Assembly (NCBI RefSeq): GCF_006345805.1
Contig: NW_021832857.1
Span: 32,081 to 96,080, forward strand
Source of the DNA: Octopus sinensis
Taxonomy: Eukaryota
Reading direction: 5' to 3'
DNA: 64,000 nucleotides
Made by a program: the position numbers and the translations under genes. The notes beneath the pieces are model-generated. The model was not told the DNA's origin. It was given only the letters and a program-made list of their open reading frames with translations, and made no database searches. Below are positions 12,401 through 26,789 of this stretch, in pieces. Within the stretch, counting starts at the first letter, position 1; every line of letters begins with the position of its first letter.

Positions 12401-14807
12401 TTCACTAACGACCTTTCTTAAAAGAGCAAGTTTGAAAATATATTCAATGATGATGATCAAATTGTAGTTTCTCCAGTGAGAAAATTCTCATTTAACGTCC
12501 ACTTTCAATGCTTGCATGGGTCAGATGGAATTCATTGAAGCAGATTTTCTATGGTCAGATGCTCTTCTTGGTGCCATTCACCTCTCTCCAGGCCAAGTAG
12601 TATTTCCCTTGGCCAGAAATGTCCTTCGACATCCCACAGGATGATGTGTGGTGTCAGTCTTGTAACAAAATACATCTGCCCTTGGGAAAATCTGACCTTG
12701 CTTGGAAATAGCTGAAAGTTGGTGACAAGAAGGGCAAAACCGACCAAAGGACATCTGCCTCAGTCACCACTGTCTGGCCCAGACAAGCATGGACATGCGG
12801 AGGTCAAATGCTGTTGATAATATCTATCTACCTACCTGTCTGTCTGTCTCCCTCTCTCTTGTCTCTCTGCTTGTCTCTCTCTCTTTCCTCCTCTCTCCCT
12901 CTTCGTCTTTATCTCGTCTGTCTGCCTGCTCGTCTCTGTTTCTCTATTTATAGAGACACACACCCACACAATGGACTTCTTTCAGTTTCCATCTACCATA
13001 TCTACTCACAAGGCTTTGGTCAACCTGCAGTGAAAATAGAAGACGCTTGCCCACGGTGTCATGCAGTGTGGCTTGAACCCAAAACCACATGGCTGCAAAG
13101 TGAGATCCTTAACCACGCAGCTGGCCCTTTTCTTTCAAGGTTCCCCTCACGGTCACCCCATCACCACCACCACCACCACCATCCTCCCATTTATTAAATA
13201 TGTTTCTTTGAGTTAATGTTGTCAAATATTTGAGAAAATTATTTCTGAATTTATTTTTGTTGTAAATTGTTATTTTTTGATACAAAACAAACTTTTTTTG
13301 TCTTTTTTTAAAAAATGTTTTATGTTTTCTGTCGGTGATTTTTGCCTTTTTGGTGTCTGAAAGTTTTAAACCATTGAGTAAGAGAATTAAAAAATCTGGG
13401 TCCATTCCTGAGAAATTCACCATCATCACCACTACCATCAGCATCACCATGACCATCTTCATCATCATCATCACCACTACCATCAGCATCAGCATCACCA
13501 TCCTCATCATCATTATCACCATCACCACTGCCGTCATTTCTTTATATTCGTTAATGTGGTGGCTATAATCCATTGCCCACATCTCAGCCATTTATTATCT
13601 CTCACCTACAAGAGATGAGTCTTCATCTTTTTGTATATTGTTATTGTTTTATAGCTCAATGCCCTTCCTGTGGCCACCCACCCCCTTGAAATGGGGAGGG
13701 GCAGTCTCATCATATATGCACAACTGGAGGGGTCTGTTTGCCAGGACTACCCCACCGATTTCTACTCTAAGATATATATATCTAAATTTCCATGGTTCTG
13801 TCATTTGACTGTGACCCCTAAGTGCATGGCCTGGTGGTTGGGGTGTTGCAATCAGGATCGTGGAATCATGGTTTCAGTTCCTGGATCAGGTGAAGCATTT
13901 TGTTCTCCAGCAAAACACTTCATCTCATGTTGGTCTGTGATCACTTGGGCATCTAATGTGTTGAGTGCTGCCCACTTGTTCAGGCGATGTCGATTTGATG
14001 GAGGATGTGAGCTGATGTACAACATTTGATCACAAGAAACAAATCAATCTTTCGTCTCGTTCAGCAAAAACTGAACACTCATACATTGTCTTCGACAGGA
14101 TATTCCATCATGTATATGTGTGTGTGTGTATATATATATATACACACACACACTCACACACACATCTTCATCATTTAACGTCCGTTTTCCATGCTGGCAT
14201 GGGTTGGACAGTTTGACTTGGGACTGGCAAGCCAGAAAGCTGCACCAGGCTTCAGTCTGGTTTGGCAAGGTTTCTACAGCTGGATGCCCTTCCTAACACC
14301 AACCACTCCGAAAGTGTAGTGGGTGCTTTTTACGTGCCACTGGCGCGGGAGCCATTCAGGTGGCACTGGCATTGACCACGTACAGATGGTGCTTGTTACA
14401 TACATGCCACTGGATATATGTGTGTGTTTGTGTTTTAGCAGTTAATATGAAATTAAATAAATGGCATCAGAAATTACATAATCAACTTCATCAGCTTACA
14501 GCTGTTTCTGCTACAAGCTGTAATGCACTCAGAGCTATGAATGCAGTTAGAGGTTGATATTAAGTTGGATATCTTATATACACTCTACCCCAGTCCAATG
14601 ATATGTTTCTGCCAAATTTTAAACAATAAAATATCAAGTTCTGCACTTGTACTCTGTATTAGACACTGAGTATAGGAAAGCAATCCACTTTGATTGACAC
14701 AATTTCAGTAAGACCAATCCACAATATATACATACATATGTATGCATGTATATATTGTGTATTGTCTTTCAACAAAGATAATGCACAATATATAACATAC
14801 AAGTGTA

Positions 14808-14872
<65 letters not shown>

Positions 14873-15799
14873 GAAATTTAAAAAATGAAAGAAAGAGGCA
14901 CTCAGCACATTTTGTAGGAGTCACATATGTTGGCATTTAAAACAGTTTGATTTGGCCCCATGCAACTTAAGGTTTTGTAGGCTCAGTTAAAGGACTCAGC
15001 TGAGCCTTATAAGCTAAGCTTGTAACCGAATCAAAGGGTTTTAAATAGCACTATATCGATAATAAACGAACACCTGCACCCAACTGTTGTTTCTAGCTGT
15101 TTGTTGACCTTTATTTTGCAAGTTCATCTTCTGTTTGTCATCATTACAGTTCCCTTACAAACTTTCAAAAGGCAAAAGACCCAATTTTCAGGCAAGTGGT
15201 TCACACTGTAGTTTTAGAAATTTCTAGACTAGCCTTTACTCTTCTCTCACTAGAGGCCCTAGATCCCAGTCAACACATCACCTACCCACTCCCTTCACAA
15301 CCCTGTCACTTCCTCCTCTCTCTGTCCCTACATACTATATAACCAACCCTTTCTCATAAAAAACTAGAATAATCCCAACTTGAAAATCAAGTGCAAACCC
15401 ATCACTTCAGCTGACCCTTTGCAATACTATGGATATTCCCTTTTTAATGCCTTTTCATACTGTTTACCCCCTAATTCTCTTTAATTAAGTAAAGCACCTT
15501 CACAAATGAAGTCGATACAAGTTATTTTTTATGTCATTTTTTTTCCAAATTAATATAAATGAATATTGTTGTTGATGATGATGATGATGTCCAAATTGAA
15601 ATAAAACTTCCCTTTGATAACAATTTGTGTGATGTGAACCCTCATTCTATGATACCCCTCTCCTTTTTTTCAATTATTCAACTAAAACCTGGTAAGTTTA
15701 TGTCAGTCATTTCTGTTATGGCCCAAACACCATCTTTAAGATCCCAATATATATTTGTCTTCTTATGTCCCAAACACAATGTATTTGTTTTGCTTAAAT

Positions 15800-15837
<38 letters not shown>

Positions 15838-16246
15838 GAGTCCCCGAATGTCATTGTTTGTTTTCCCCCCAAAATGTCATCTGCATGATATACTTGTGTG
15901 ATGTGTGTGTCCCCTTAATTTACATGTGCTCTCCATGCTTACAAGGTTTGAGCTGGTCATCCTAATTATCTTTCTTCTTCTAGCAGCATCTCAATGAGGT
16001 CAGTTCTGGCTTGAGTCTGGTGTCATTCAGTTTCCTCGTCCCTGAGTCGTGGGCCACAAATCCTTGCTTTTACTGGGAGACAATGAAGTTTACTTTATAT
16101 GGTTATGTGACCTGCTAGACATTGCAACCAGCCTGTCTTAAAAGAAGGACCCAGTCCTCCAGCCATACAAACTAAGGCAACACAGGGGACACTGGAACAT
16201 GACCCTGTTCTTCCATGTGTTGTCTTGTATTGAACTAGTTTGTTTA

Positions 16247-16462
16247 GCCTTTAGCATTTAATCTGGCCAAAATATTCTGCCTTTTTTTTAATGTTCAAAC
16301 TGGCCATGTCCAACATCTCACACCTACTTTACAATGTTATAGTAAAAATAAACAATCGTATCACTGAAATTTTGAAGCCACAAGATAATGCGCATGATTA
16401 ATTGAAGACATTATGACTAAGTAAGCATTAACGTTTGACATGAAAATCTGAATGCTGAAGGG
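16247..16462. mobile_element. piggyBac-like MITE
   Basis: Termini gcctttagcatt / aatgctgaaggg (10/12 inverted match); right flank TTAA, left flank ttta. Confidence 0.55.
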
Positions 16463-19400
16463 TTAAGCCATAGCAATGTAAGAATTAGACATGAAATGAT
16501 GGTGATGACGAGAATGTAATCCGAGATTTCCTGTATCTATGTTGGAGCTAAACAATAACAAATTGTCTCTATTGTATGGATTGCTGTGTCAGAGGATCAA
16601 ATGTTGGGCTGAGCTAACGGGAAGCTGATATATGAAACCCCTTCCGAACTCATATTTCATGCAAACAACTTGTTTGTGTAACTGAATCCCTTTCTGTGGG
16701 CCATAGGTGCTTGCAGAGACGGACACAGGTGACAGGGTGACCTTTGGCCTGGGTAACCTCGATTCTGTTTGCTGACAGTTGATATTCTCAGCCTTTTATT
16801 AATTCAGGATGGTTTCTGTAACTGGAGGATCAGCATTAATTGTTGTGGGTGTGTAAAGGGGGTGAATGAAATTAGGGATTCACTTTCACCCACTTCCCCC
16901 TTTATCGTCACCATCCTCATCTTCATTAACAACATTGCAGTTATACAATAATGAATTTTTAAATTATTAAAAGAAGCAAATTAATAAAATACAATTGTTT
17001 TTTTAGCCCCAGGTCAGCCCAGTCCAGCAGACCCAGGATAAAAGGTATCCCTGCTGTCTTGCTTCAGTCATTAGTCTGTGGCTATGCTGCTACAACACCT
17101 CCAACAATTTTAGTCAAATGAATCAATCACAATACTTTGTTTTCAAAAATCTTGTTTTGAAACTTGTGATTATTCTATCAATCTCTTTTGCTGAACCATT
17201 AAGTTATGGGGGTGGGTGTAAACGCACCAACACTGGTTGTCAGGCAGTGGTCGGGGAGAACAAATACAAAGACATGCACACAGACATGCATGTGTATGTG
17301 TGTATACACACACACACATGGCTTCTTTCTGTCTCTTTCTACCAAATCCACTCTCAAGGCTTTGGTCAATGCTGTAGTCAAAGATACTTGCCCAAGGTGT
17401 CATGCAGTGGGGCTGAACCTGGAACTCTGTGGCTGGGAAGCAAACTTCTTAACATACAGCCACATATGTTGATATATGGATATGTGTACCTTTGCTACTG
17501 TGTCTAGTGGTGACCAGCTTTTGGACAAGTCCTGTGCGTGTGAACTTTCTCCACACCCTATACAACCTGGGAGGGCCAGAACCCTCCCCTACGGTCGTTA
17601 AGCAGATTACTAGAACTGTAGCCCTCCATGACTAGATTTGAGATGAATACTGGAATAATTTCCAGGCATGGGATTTGAACTCAGAATCTGGAGAGTGAAA
17701 TTTACTGTAAAACATTTTTGATGAAGGGTCTGTGTTTCCTTGTTCCGTATTATGAGCTTTGATAAGAATGACTGAATGAGAGAAGCAATCTTGAAAGCCA
17801 ACATGGAGTCTTTATTCCTTTGTAATATTTGCACAGTAGTTTGGACACAAAGAAAACATTAGCAAGTTCTCTAAGGTTGTCATTTCTCCCTCATCCTGGT
17901 GATGAAGCTTATCCCATCATTGTTTGTATGTCTTTGTTGTGTGTCGGTTCTTGTGTGGACAGCTGGTTTCTGCAACTCACCTCACCTCCCCACCTGCTGA
18001 AATGTTTGTTCAACCAATTTATGGAGTGAAGTGGGCCCCAGAACACATACAGAAATTGTCATTTAAAATATGTTAAGCAAAACGTGATTGGACTTTTAAT
18101 CCAATTTCTGTGCAACGTTTGACTAATCATGACACAGGGCTCATAACTGACCAAAAATCCATGTGATGGATATCTTAACCAATCAAATTAGTGTGGTGAG
18201 CCCACAATTTCATGATTGCTACATGTATAAATAAAACTTAATGATCATTTAATGCAACTACACAACTTGTTCTTGCTACACATCTCTGCTAACAAGACAA
18301 TGATTCTATCTCTTTCCCACCTGCAGAACAACACAAAAACATAATGCACTGCCTGGTCCAGAATTCAAACCCACAATCTGGCAATTGTGAGGGCAATGTC
18401 CTGACTTGTAGACCACATGCTTTTTCTGTGTGTGTGTGTGTCTCCCTCACCATAGGTGCAAGTGTCATAACTGCATTAAGAACTCTGCAGTGATGATATT
18501 TCACAGGTTGCTATGACAACTCTCAGATACACCCCACCACCACCACCACCACCATCACCTTCTCACCTATAAATCCCACCCTGCTTCTTGCTTCCATTGT
18601 AAATAGTCAATATTTCTCAACAAACATTCAGTGTGGGATGTGGGTGTGCATGGGAGTGAGATAGACTGACGTGTGTGTGTGTGTGTGTAAGAGAGAGGCA
18701 TGTGTATATGCTAGGAAGGTGTGTGTGTGTGTATTTGCATATATTTTTATATGGTTGTGCATGTGTGTGAGATTCACACTTACGTATGTATTTGTTTGTG
18801 TGTGAATGTAACCTCCACACACACAGCAACACCTTCACGCACACACACAGCCAGGTGCGTATGCACACGGAACAGCTTGAATCCATTATCTCAGTTCTCA
18901 GGTGTTGGAGTTATTAATTAGAAGTCAATGTCACCTGTTAATCTGTGTGAGCTAATAAAGGGAGTGATCTTTTAATGAGTTAATCCAGCTGTGTCTGTGT
19001 TGTTGTTTAAACCAAACTCAAGGTTACACTCAGCCTCATCTCTCACTCAATGCTATTCTTTGAGTGGAGTTACATCTACACCTCTCCTTCACCAGCTCTA
19101 ATGCGACCCCCTCCCACCCCGTAATGTGTATCTTCTTGTACCTCAGCATAATCTTACCTGTCCCCTAATTTCCCACTTAACAACTGAATGGAGCCACATA
19201 AAAATATGGTAGGGGTCATTCCCAATATCAAGTGTTTCTCTGGTAGCCCCTCCACATCAGCTTCATACCCTGCTCCACCATCACCTCCACCCCTGTCCTC
19301 AGCACAGCTCCCCACCCACCCACATTCAGTAAATGATTACCCGACCCCACTCCCAGAGGTCACTGTACTTTCACAGCTGTTGTTTTTCTTGTTGTTGTTG

Positions 19401-19580
19401 TTTGGCCCTAGCACAGTCTAATCCTAATCAAGCAGACTTATGATCAAAGACGCTACAACCATGACCATCCCATCTAGGTGCGCATTATCTATAAGAACGT
19501 AATGATGGTTTGGCTGTTATTTCAAGTGACCACCACAACCTAGTGCCTGGTGCTGTAATGCCGTCCTTTCTCTCTTTCAG

Positions 19581-19709
19581 AACACAGCCTGTCTCGATGA
19601 CTTTGACAGAATCAAAACCCTCGGCACTGGATCGTTTGGCCGTGTGATGTTGGTCCAACACAAGGCCAACAAGGAATACTATGCCATGAAGATACTGGAC
19701 AAACAAAAG
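19581..19709 (+). CDS. Pka-C1: PKA catalytic subunit, exon equivalent to vertebrate exon 3 (glycine-rich loop and catalytic Lys)
   Basis: Acceptor tctctttcag|AAC, donor AAG|gtaaca; 129 nt, phase 0/0. Translates [43 protein letters not shown] with GTGSFG and AMK motifs. Not shown in the ORF track. Confidence 0.98.
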
Positions 19710-20661
19710 GTAACACACTTTCTCTTACACTGTAGTCACCACACTACTGCAGTCTATACTGTGGGGTGTTAGATGAGGAATTATTTTGCTGCAAAAATAT
19801 GTGCAGCAGAAGTAGTATTGGATTAAAATAGCTATTTATGTATCATATTTAATGTAAACACATTGTAATAATATCTCCTATTATGGATGTGCTGTGTTTA
19901 AAACCAGCTGGTGGAAGATCTGCTGGGGTTAAACGAGTAGTAACATGGAAAGCATGACTCTCACTAACAATACACTAAGGGACCAAGAGACAAGCTAAGT
20001 GCAAGATATTCAGCTCGGTAGAGCTACGAGTTGTCTATGTGAGTTAGCCTTCTCCTAGAGGGATGCCTTGACAAAGACCAGAAGTCCCTCACCCCCAGTG
20101 GGCATATGTATGCATGCACGCAGGTATATGTATGTATGTATGTATGTGTATATAAATTATACAATTTTGAGTTGAGATTGTTAACTTTAACAATACTCAG
20201 AAACAGGCTAGAATTAAAGTGCTCTAATTAAAGTGCTCTAATTAAAGTGCTCTAATTGAGCTCTGTTCCAATTAATGATTTCAGTGGAGGCAATACCAGC
20301 AGAAAACTCGATGACCTATTATCCAATAGAATATTCAATATCCATCTCTATACACACACACAGCCATGGAGAGAGAGAGTGATTGTGTAGAGGAGGAAAG
20401 GCAAGTTGTCACTGCTGTCTACATCCGAGTAGGCTACGGGCTGTTCACTACTTTTGTAAAGAACCATTGATTCCTTACCAATTCAGTGAATTAAAAATAT
20501 TGTCACTCATTTGACTTTGATGTTGTTGTTGCTGCTGTTCTCCTCTTTGTCAGCTGTCAATTTTTATTCACACTGAAACACCAGGAAATGTGCTGCATTC
20601 TCTCTCTCTCTCTCTCTCTCCCCACCTCCCCCTCTTTCCACCTGCTAACTACTGCCATTCC

Positions 20662-20696
<35 letters not shown>

Positions 20697-21444
20697 AGTT
20701 CTGGCTTTTGTCTCCACTCCAGTAACACTTGACCTAAAGAGTAAGGTCAGCATTGGGGGGTGTGGTGGTAGGCATTGTTTCTTATGTTCAACACTTCTCT
20801 ACCCACCACCACCCCTGCTGTCCCCCCCCCCCAACTCAGTTTCCTTTTTTTCCCCTGAAACATCAACACTTCAACATTATACATACAGTAGACACATCAT
20901 CCATATATATATATATATAGATATATAGATAGATAGATAGATAGATATATTAATGTTTATTTTTATGTCAAGTTGCAATAAAAACAACCTCACATAAAAC
21001 TCTAAATTTTTTTATAGGTTCCTTCTTCTATTATCTTTTACTTGTTTCACTTGTTAGACTGTGGCCTTGCTGGGGCACCACCTTGAGAATTTTTCATTGA
21101 ATGAATCAACCCCAGTGATTTTTTTTTTTCTTTTGAAGCTTGTTATTTATTGTGTCAGCCCCTTTTGGTATGTTACAGGGATACAAACACTCAGTGGTGG
21201 GGGACAGACACAGTCACAAAGACACACAGACATATCCACTCAAAAGCTTTGGTCGACCCAAGACTGTAGTGGAAAACACTTGCCTAACTGCCCTGCCTTG
21301 GGACTGAACCTTTAACCCTGCAGTTGGGAAGCAAATGTCTTACCATACTCTCATGCCTGCACATTTATTCAACTTTTACAAGAAAAGGGGTGACAATGAC
21401 TTCAAAATTTCAGCCTGCTGGTCCTCGTCAGATAGGCCAGCAAA

Positions 21445-21565
21445 ACACACACACACTCTCTCTCATACACACACACACTCTCTCTCATACACACACACTC
21501 TCTCTCTCATACACACACACACTCTCTCTCATACACACACACACTCTCTCTCATACACACACATG
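21445..21565. repeat. Compound microsatellite [(CA)n(CT)nCAT]x5
   Basis: Unit acacacacacactctctctcat (about 22-24 bp). Confidence 0.9.
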
Positions 21566-23097
21566 CACTTTCACCATCAATGCCCTAAGCACTCGAAAGA
21601 TGTCTCAAAACGAAACAAAAAGAGAGAAAATAATGTTTATTTTATTTCCGATTTATTTAGATTTGAAAAGTTTCCTCCAACTTTTTTGAATTGCAAAGTC
21701 TTTGATCAGATCCTCAAAAGTAATGTAACACATCTGCATCTATACTTAGTAGAGACAAAGGCATCCCGAATGTTATTTTTGGCAAGTTTAAAGGGATTTC
21801 TTTTGTGCTGTAAACCATTTACCATTTCTGTCGTGCCCCCTCCCCTTCCCTTGATGCTCTGAGCGCGTGCTTATTTCGCTTAATGGTTAATCTAGTACTG
21901 ACTCTCACCACACACATACACACATGTGTGCACACGAACACTCTATGTCCATTGTGGAAAATCATCCTGTTGCCTTCCTTTGCCAGAAGGGAACAGACAT
22001 TGTTTATCTGTCTTGTGGCCTTAAACGAAAGAGGTTGTGTGGTGGACGAAATGGAAAGGGCTGAAAACAAACAGCTTCCTCTGGGTAAGTGAAGAGGAAG
22101 TGCTTCTTTGTTGACTGGTGGAGGAGAAGAGGAAGCATTGTCTTAGTGAATGGGCCCACTTTGAGTATACATCTGTAGATTGGAAGAGAACAACTGAGAG
22201 AAGGCACTAGCCGTACGGGCCAGGGGGACCATGTCTTTGTGGGGTTTCTGTGACTGGTCCTCAGAAGTCTCCTTCTTTTAAGGAATCATTCACTCTTACC
22301 ATTGTTCTTCTTCTTTATTATTATTACTATCATCCACGGCATGAAAGGCAGTGAGCTGCTGGTAGAGTCATTAGCATGTCAGACAAAATGCTTGTGAGCT
22401 TTTCATCTGTCTTTACGTTCTGAGTTCAAACTCCACTGAGGTCAGCTTTGCCTTTCATTCTTTTGGGATGGATAAAATAAATACCAGTTGCATACTGGGT
22501 TCAATGTAATCCACTCCCCCCTCCCCCCCACCTGCCTGTAATAGAAAGGATTATTATCTGCAACATAAAATGGCAAGATAAGGTGTCAAATGTCAAGATT
22601 TTCGTGAAATGTGATATTTCCTGTGTTGAAAGTATGCGGATTGGCAAGACATGTTCTAATGCAAGAAAAATATTTTGTCTGGCTGACAAGCAGAGGGATT
22701 CCCTGGTAAAGGAAGACCTGTCCTTAGGTATACAGATCAGTTGAAGCAATCCTTCAAGTCTTTACAACTTAATTCGACATCGTAGAAAAGTCATTTGTCT
22801 ACATTGATCCGAGTGGTGTGAAATGTGTTAGGATGCCTCTAATTAATTTGAGTTGAAGAAACAGAACAACGAAAGAATTCTATCCTGCAATCAACAGACA
22901 CATTTGTCCAATCCCAGGTAGAATCAATATCATCATTGTCCCCCATTGCAAATAGATACAGCTTCTTTTTTTTAATTTTTAATCCTTTTTCTTTTTTAAC
23001 TTTGGCAAACAGTCATACATTGAAATCGAGAGGAGAGGCCTCCATCATCATCATTATTAAATATCTAATTGCTGTGTGTCTTTTCTTCCCCCAACAG

Positions 23098-23196
23098 GTT
23101 GTTAAACTGAAGCAAGTTGAACACACATTAAATGAAAAACGAATCTTGCAAGCAGTCTCTTTCCCTTTTCTCGTCAGTCTTGAATATCATTATAAG
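23098..23196 (+). CDS. Pka-C1: PKA catalytic subunit exon 4 (alphaB/alphaC helices)
   Basis: ccaacag|GTT ... AAG|gtaagt; 99 nt; [33 protein letters not shown]. Confidence 0.98.
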
Positions 23197-23255
23197 GTAA
23201 GTCTTCAGAAATACAGGTGTGTGTGTGTGTGTGTGTGTGTGCATATGTATATACA

Positions 23256-23314
<59 letters not shown>

Positions 23315-24537
23315 GTATACAAATTGAGATAGGGGTTGTAAATGCAACCCTCCTATATGTATATTCTCTTTTTTATATATATTCTACTTATTATACAACA
23401 TTACTCTTTTATGTACACTTTTTTATGTACACTCCTTTATGTACACTGATTTGTTCTGCTTTTTATATTTAACCCTACAGTCTCTTATGTGGTGGTTTAA
23501 TAAAGTATGTGATTGAGTATTATCTGGTAATTGATATTTGATTTAGGTGTATTTCTCCATTTTCTTATCTTGTGTATATATATATATACATATATATATG
23601 GCATGTAAAAAGCACCCACTACACTCGCGGAGTGGTTGGCGTTAGGTAGGGCATCCAACTGTAGAAACACTGCCAGATCAGACTGGAGCCTGGAGCAGCC
23701 CCTGGCTCCCCAGACCCCTGTCGAACCGTCCAACCCGTGCTAGCGCGGAAAACGGACGTTAAACGATGATGATGATGATGATGTATACATATAAATGAAT
23801 AATAACAGACAATGGATAATTGTCAGCTTCTATTTTTAAATAGAAGAATGACAACATTAGCTTATTACAAAAAACCATAATCATCAGGTGAAACATCCTA
23901 GAAGCATAGGTTTATCCAACCCTACCTGGTGCATATCTTTTCAAGTACCCAATTCTTTCTGAATCCTTATTTTACTATGTATACACACACACACACACAC
24001 ACACCTTTAAACTTCTCTGAATTAAGAACTGAAATGTTAGATCCTCTCTACCCTGATGATGGAGGCTTGTCTCATCCTAAGTTGAATATAGTCGCATTTC
24101 ATAAGGAACTAAATCTCCCGACATTATTATGGATCGCCTAACCCCCACAAACAGCTGGTGGACTTACAGTATCTTTCTTCCGCCTCTTTCATTTTCTCTG
24201 TTGTTTGTACTCTTTGTAAGTTGGACCTGTTTATGTAAATATCTACAGATTTATACATATAAATTCATCATTTGAAAGTTTCAACCTTTCACTTTCTCCT
24301 GATTTGCATGTATACATATATACATGTTTTGTATTTAATACATTTGATGAGCCTAATTTCTTTATCCACATAATTGCCTCCATTTCTGCTCAATTTGATC
24401 CCTTTTATAGCCATTCTTTATGCTGTGGAATTGATATCCTGTAAAGACATCCGAGTCAAAGTTTGAATCTTTTGGGCACTACCAAGTGTCTTCTATATGA
24501 AGAATATCTGGATCTCCTCTGTGAACTATGTGTGTAT

Positions 24538-24580
<43 letters not shown>

Positions 24581-24789
24581 TACATACACACATATATCAT
24601 CATCATCATCATCATCATTTAACGCTCAACTGGTTATGGTCAAGCAACTGACAAGCAAGTCTCATGGTATTGAGCAGAATATTTGCTGTAGCCCATCTTT
24701 TATACCAAGACAAAACAATGTACATGATAACACCTCCTGTCAGTTAAGATCAGGAGCAATGAGAGCCACTGCCTGGGACTGCATCAGGC

Positions 24790-25347
24790 ATTTATTATTA
24801 TTATCATTGAGTGAGAGAGCAGTGCTGCCATCAAAGTGACACTGGGGTAAGATTTACAAAGCCCAGTATACCCGTCTGATAAGGGTACACTAGGCACATG
24901 CGTCACGACCATATGTGTGTGACATGGTAATCTCATATCAAGATAAACAGCACATGACCTTGCAGATGGGGCCCAGTCAGAATTTTCTTGTGATTGAGTA
25001 ACCCATCCCGCTCAAAAGGCCCCTGAATAAGGTTTGTTTAAGGATGATGAACAAAGCACCCATGTTTTCAGAGGTGAACTATTCAAACACCAAAGAATCC
25101 CTCTCAACACATGGCTATGATGCTCCCCCACTACTTCTGCTCGTGGTCAGAGATGCACATATCGTCAGCCACTAAGGGTCATGCTCAACTGGTTAAGGTC
25201 AAACAACTGACAAGCAAATCTGTGGTATTGAGCTGAATATTTGCTGTAGCCCATCTTTTATACCAAGACAAAACAATGTACATGATAACACTTCCAATCA
25301 GTTAAGATCAGAAGCCATGAGAGCCATTGCCTGGTTCTGCATCAGGG
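24790..25347 (-). repeat. Interspersed repeat with (AAT)n tail, with an adjacent partial duplicate at 24622-24787
   Basis: About 165 bp at 24622-24787 is nearly identical to 25182-25345 (gctcaactggtta...tttgctgtagcccatcttttataccaagacaaaacaatgtacatgataacac). Confidence 0.7.
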
Positions 25348-25365
25348 CAGAGGATTATTATTATT

Positions 25366-25790
25366 AAGCTGGCAGAATCGTTAGCATGCTGAGCGAAACG
25401 CTTAGCAGTATTTCGTCTGCCGTTACGTTGTGAGTTCAAATTCCGCCGAGGTTGACTTTGCCTTTGATCCTTTTGGGGTCGATTAAATAAGTACCAGTTA
25501 CGCACTGGGGTCGATATAATCAACTTAAACCGTTTGTCTATCCTTGTCCGTCCTCTCTGTGTTTAGCACTTTGTGGGTAGTAAAGAAATAGGTATTTTGT
25601 CTGCTGCTACATTCTGAGTTCAAATTCTGCCAGGATTGACTTTGCCTTTCATCCTTTCGGGATTGATTAAATATCTACCAGTTACACACTGGGGTCAATG
25701 TAATCGACTTAATCCCTTGCCCCAAATTTGAGGCCCTGTGCTTCCTGTAGAAAGGATTATTATTATTATCATTATTATCATTATTATGAT
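25366..25790 (+). mobile_element. SINE family B, internally dimeric copy. Other copies at 22345-22558, 31637-32085 (x2), 59186-59650 (x2) (+) and 50880-51128, 51362-51670 (-)
   Basis: Head gctggcagaatcgttagcatgctgagcgaaacgcttagc. The central gagttcaaatt...ctttcatcct...accagtta unit occurs twice; (ATT)n tail. Confidence 0.85.
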
Positions 25791-25959
25791 TATGATTTCT
25801 TTTTATCTCAGGTTTTGTTGTGATTACTGAAGTCTTGCACACGTAGCGGGCTTGCTGCCTGCAGCCACTGGTACCACGCTGTCTATTCTTTTTCCTGATT
25901 ATTCTGAATGTTGTTATCATTATTGATGTTCTTATTCTTATTGTTGTTGTTGTTTGCAG

Positions 25960-26042
25960 GACAATTCCAATCTTTATATGGTTCTAGAGTTTGTGACTGG
26001 CGGAGAGATGTTTTCTCACCTGAGACGGATAGGAAGGTTTAG
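25960..26042 (+). CDS. Pka-C1: PKA catalytic subunit exon 5 (hinge)
   Basis: tttgcag|GAC ... TTTAG|gtgagt; 83 nt, ends in phase 2; [27 protein letters not shown](S). Confidence 0.98.
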
Positions 26043-26751
26043 GTGAGTAACAAAACTCGGTATTAATTCTTTTGAGTTACATAGCACCCCACCCACCCCC
26101 GTATCTCCTAGCATTTGGTCAGGTCTGTTCCTTAAAAGACTTTGTTGATTTTGTTTGAAATTTCCCCTCTACCCTCCCCACTGCCAATGTAGGGATATTT
26201 TTAAAGTGCTACAAGGGTCATCCCTACGTGGTCCCACAAAAGAAATATGGTTTCCATCAGCTGTGAACCTCCTTTTGGAGTGCAGAGTGGTTATGACCCG
26301 CATTGTATGGGGTGAGGTTACAGTGGGTTCATCCTCACAGCAAATATAGAGGGGTCATTTACTCCTTTGTATAAGGTCCTGTCTAGAAATAAGGGGTTGT
26401 TTCTCAGGTTCATCTGTTGTCAACACACCCCTTATATACTCTTCAATTGTGTCTAATGTATTAGAGTGGGTCATACTGCTAATATAACACACACATTGGT
26501 TATATTTCATTTCAGTTTAGGTTTGTCCAAAGTTCTTTCATCACAGCCTGTAATGATGGCTGTGCCCCCCCCCCATACACCTTTGTGCTAACATACACTC
26601 CTTGTGTGTTGTTCTATATTTTGAATCAGAGTATGACTCTCCTAAAGTACAACAACATTAGCTTGTTGAGCACAGGATTCACATCAAGAAACATGTGAAA
26701 CAAAAACAAAAATTCCACACACACGTGATTGTGTGTGTGTATGTATGTGTG

Positions 26752-26783
<32 letters not shown>

Positions 26784-26789
26784 TATATA

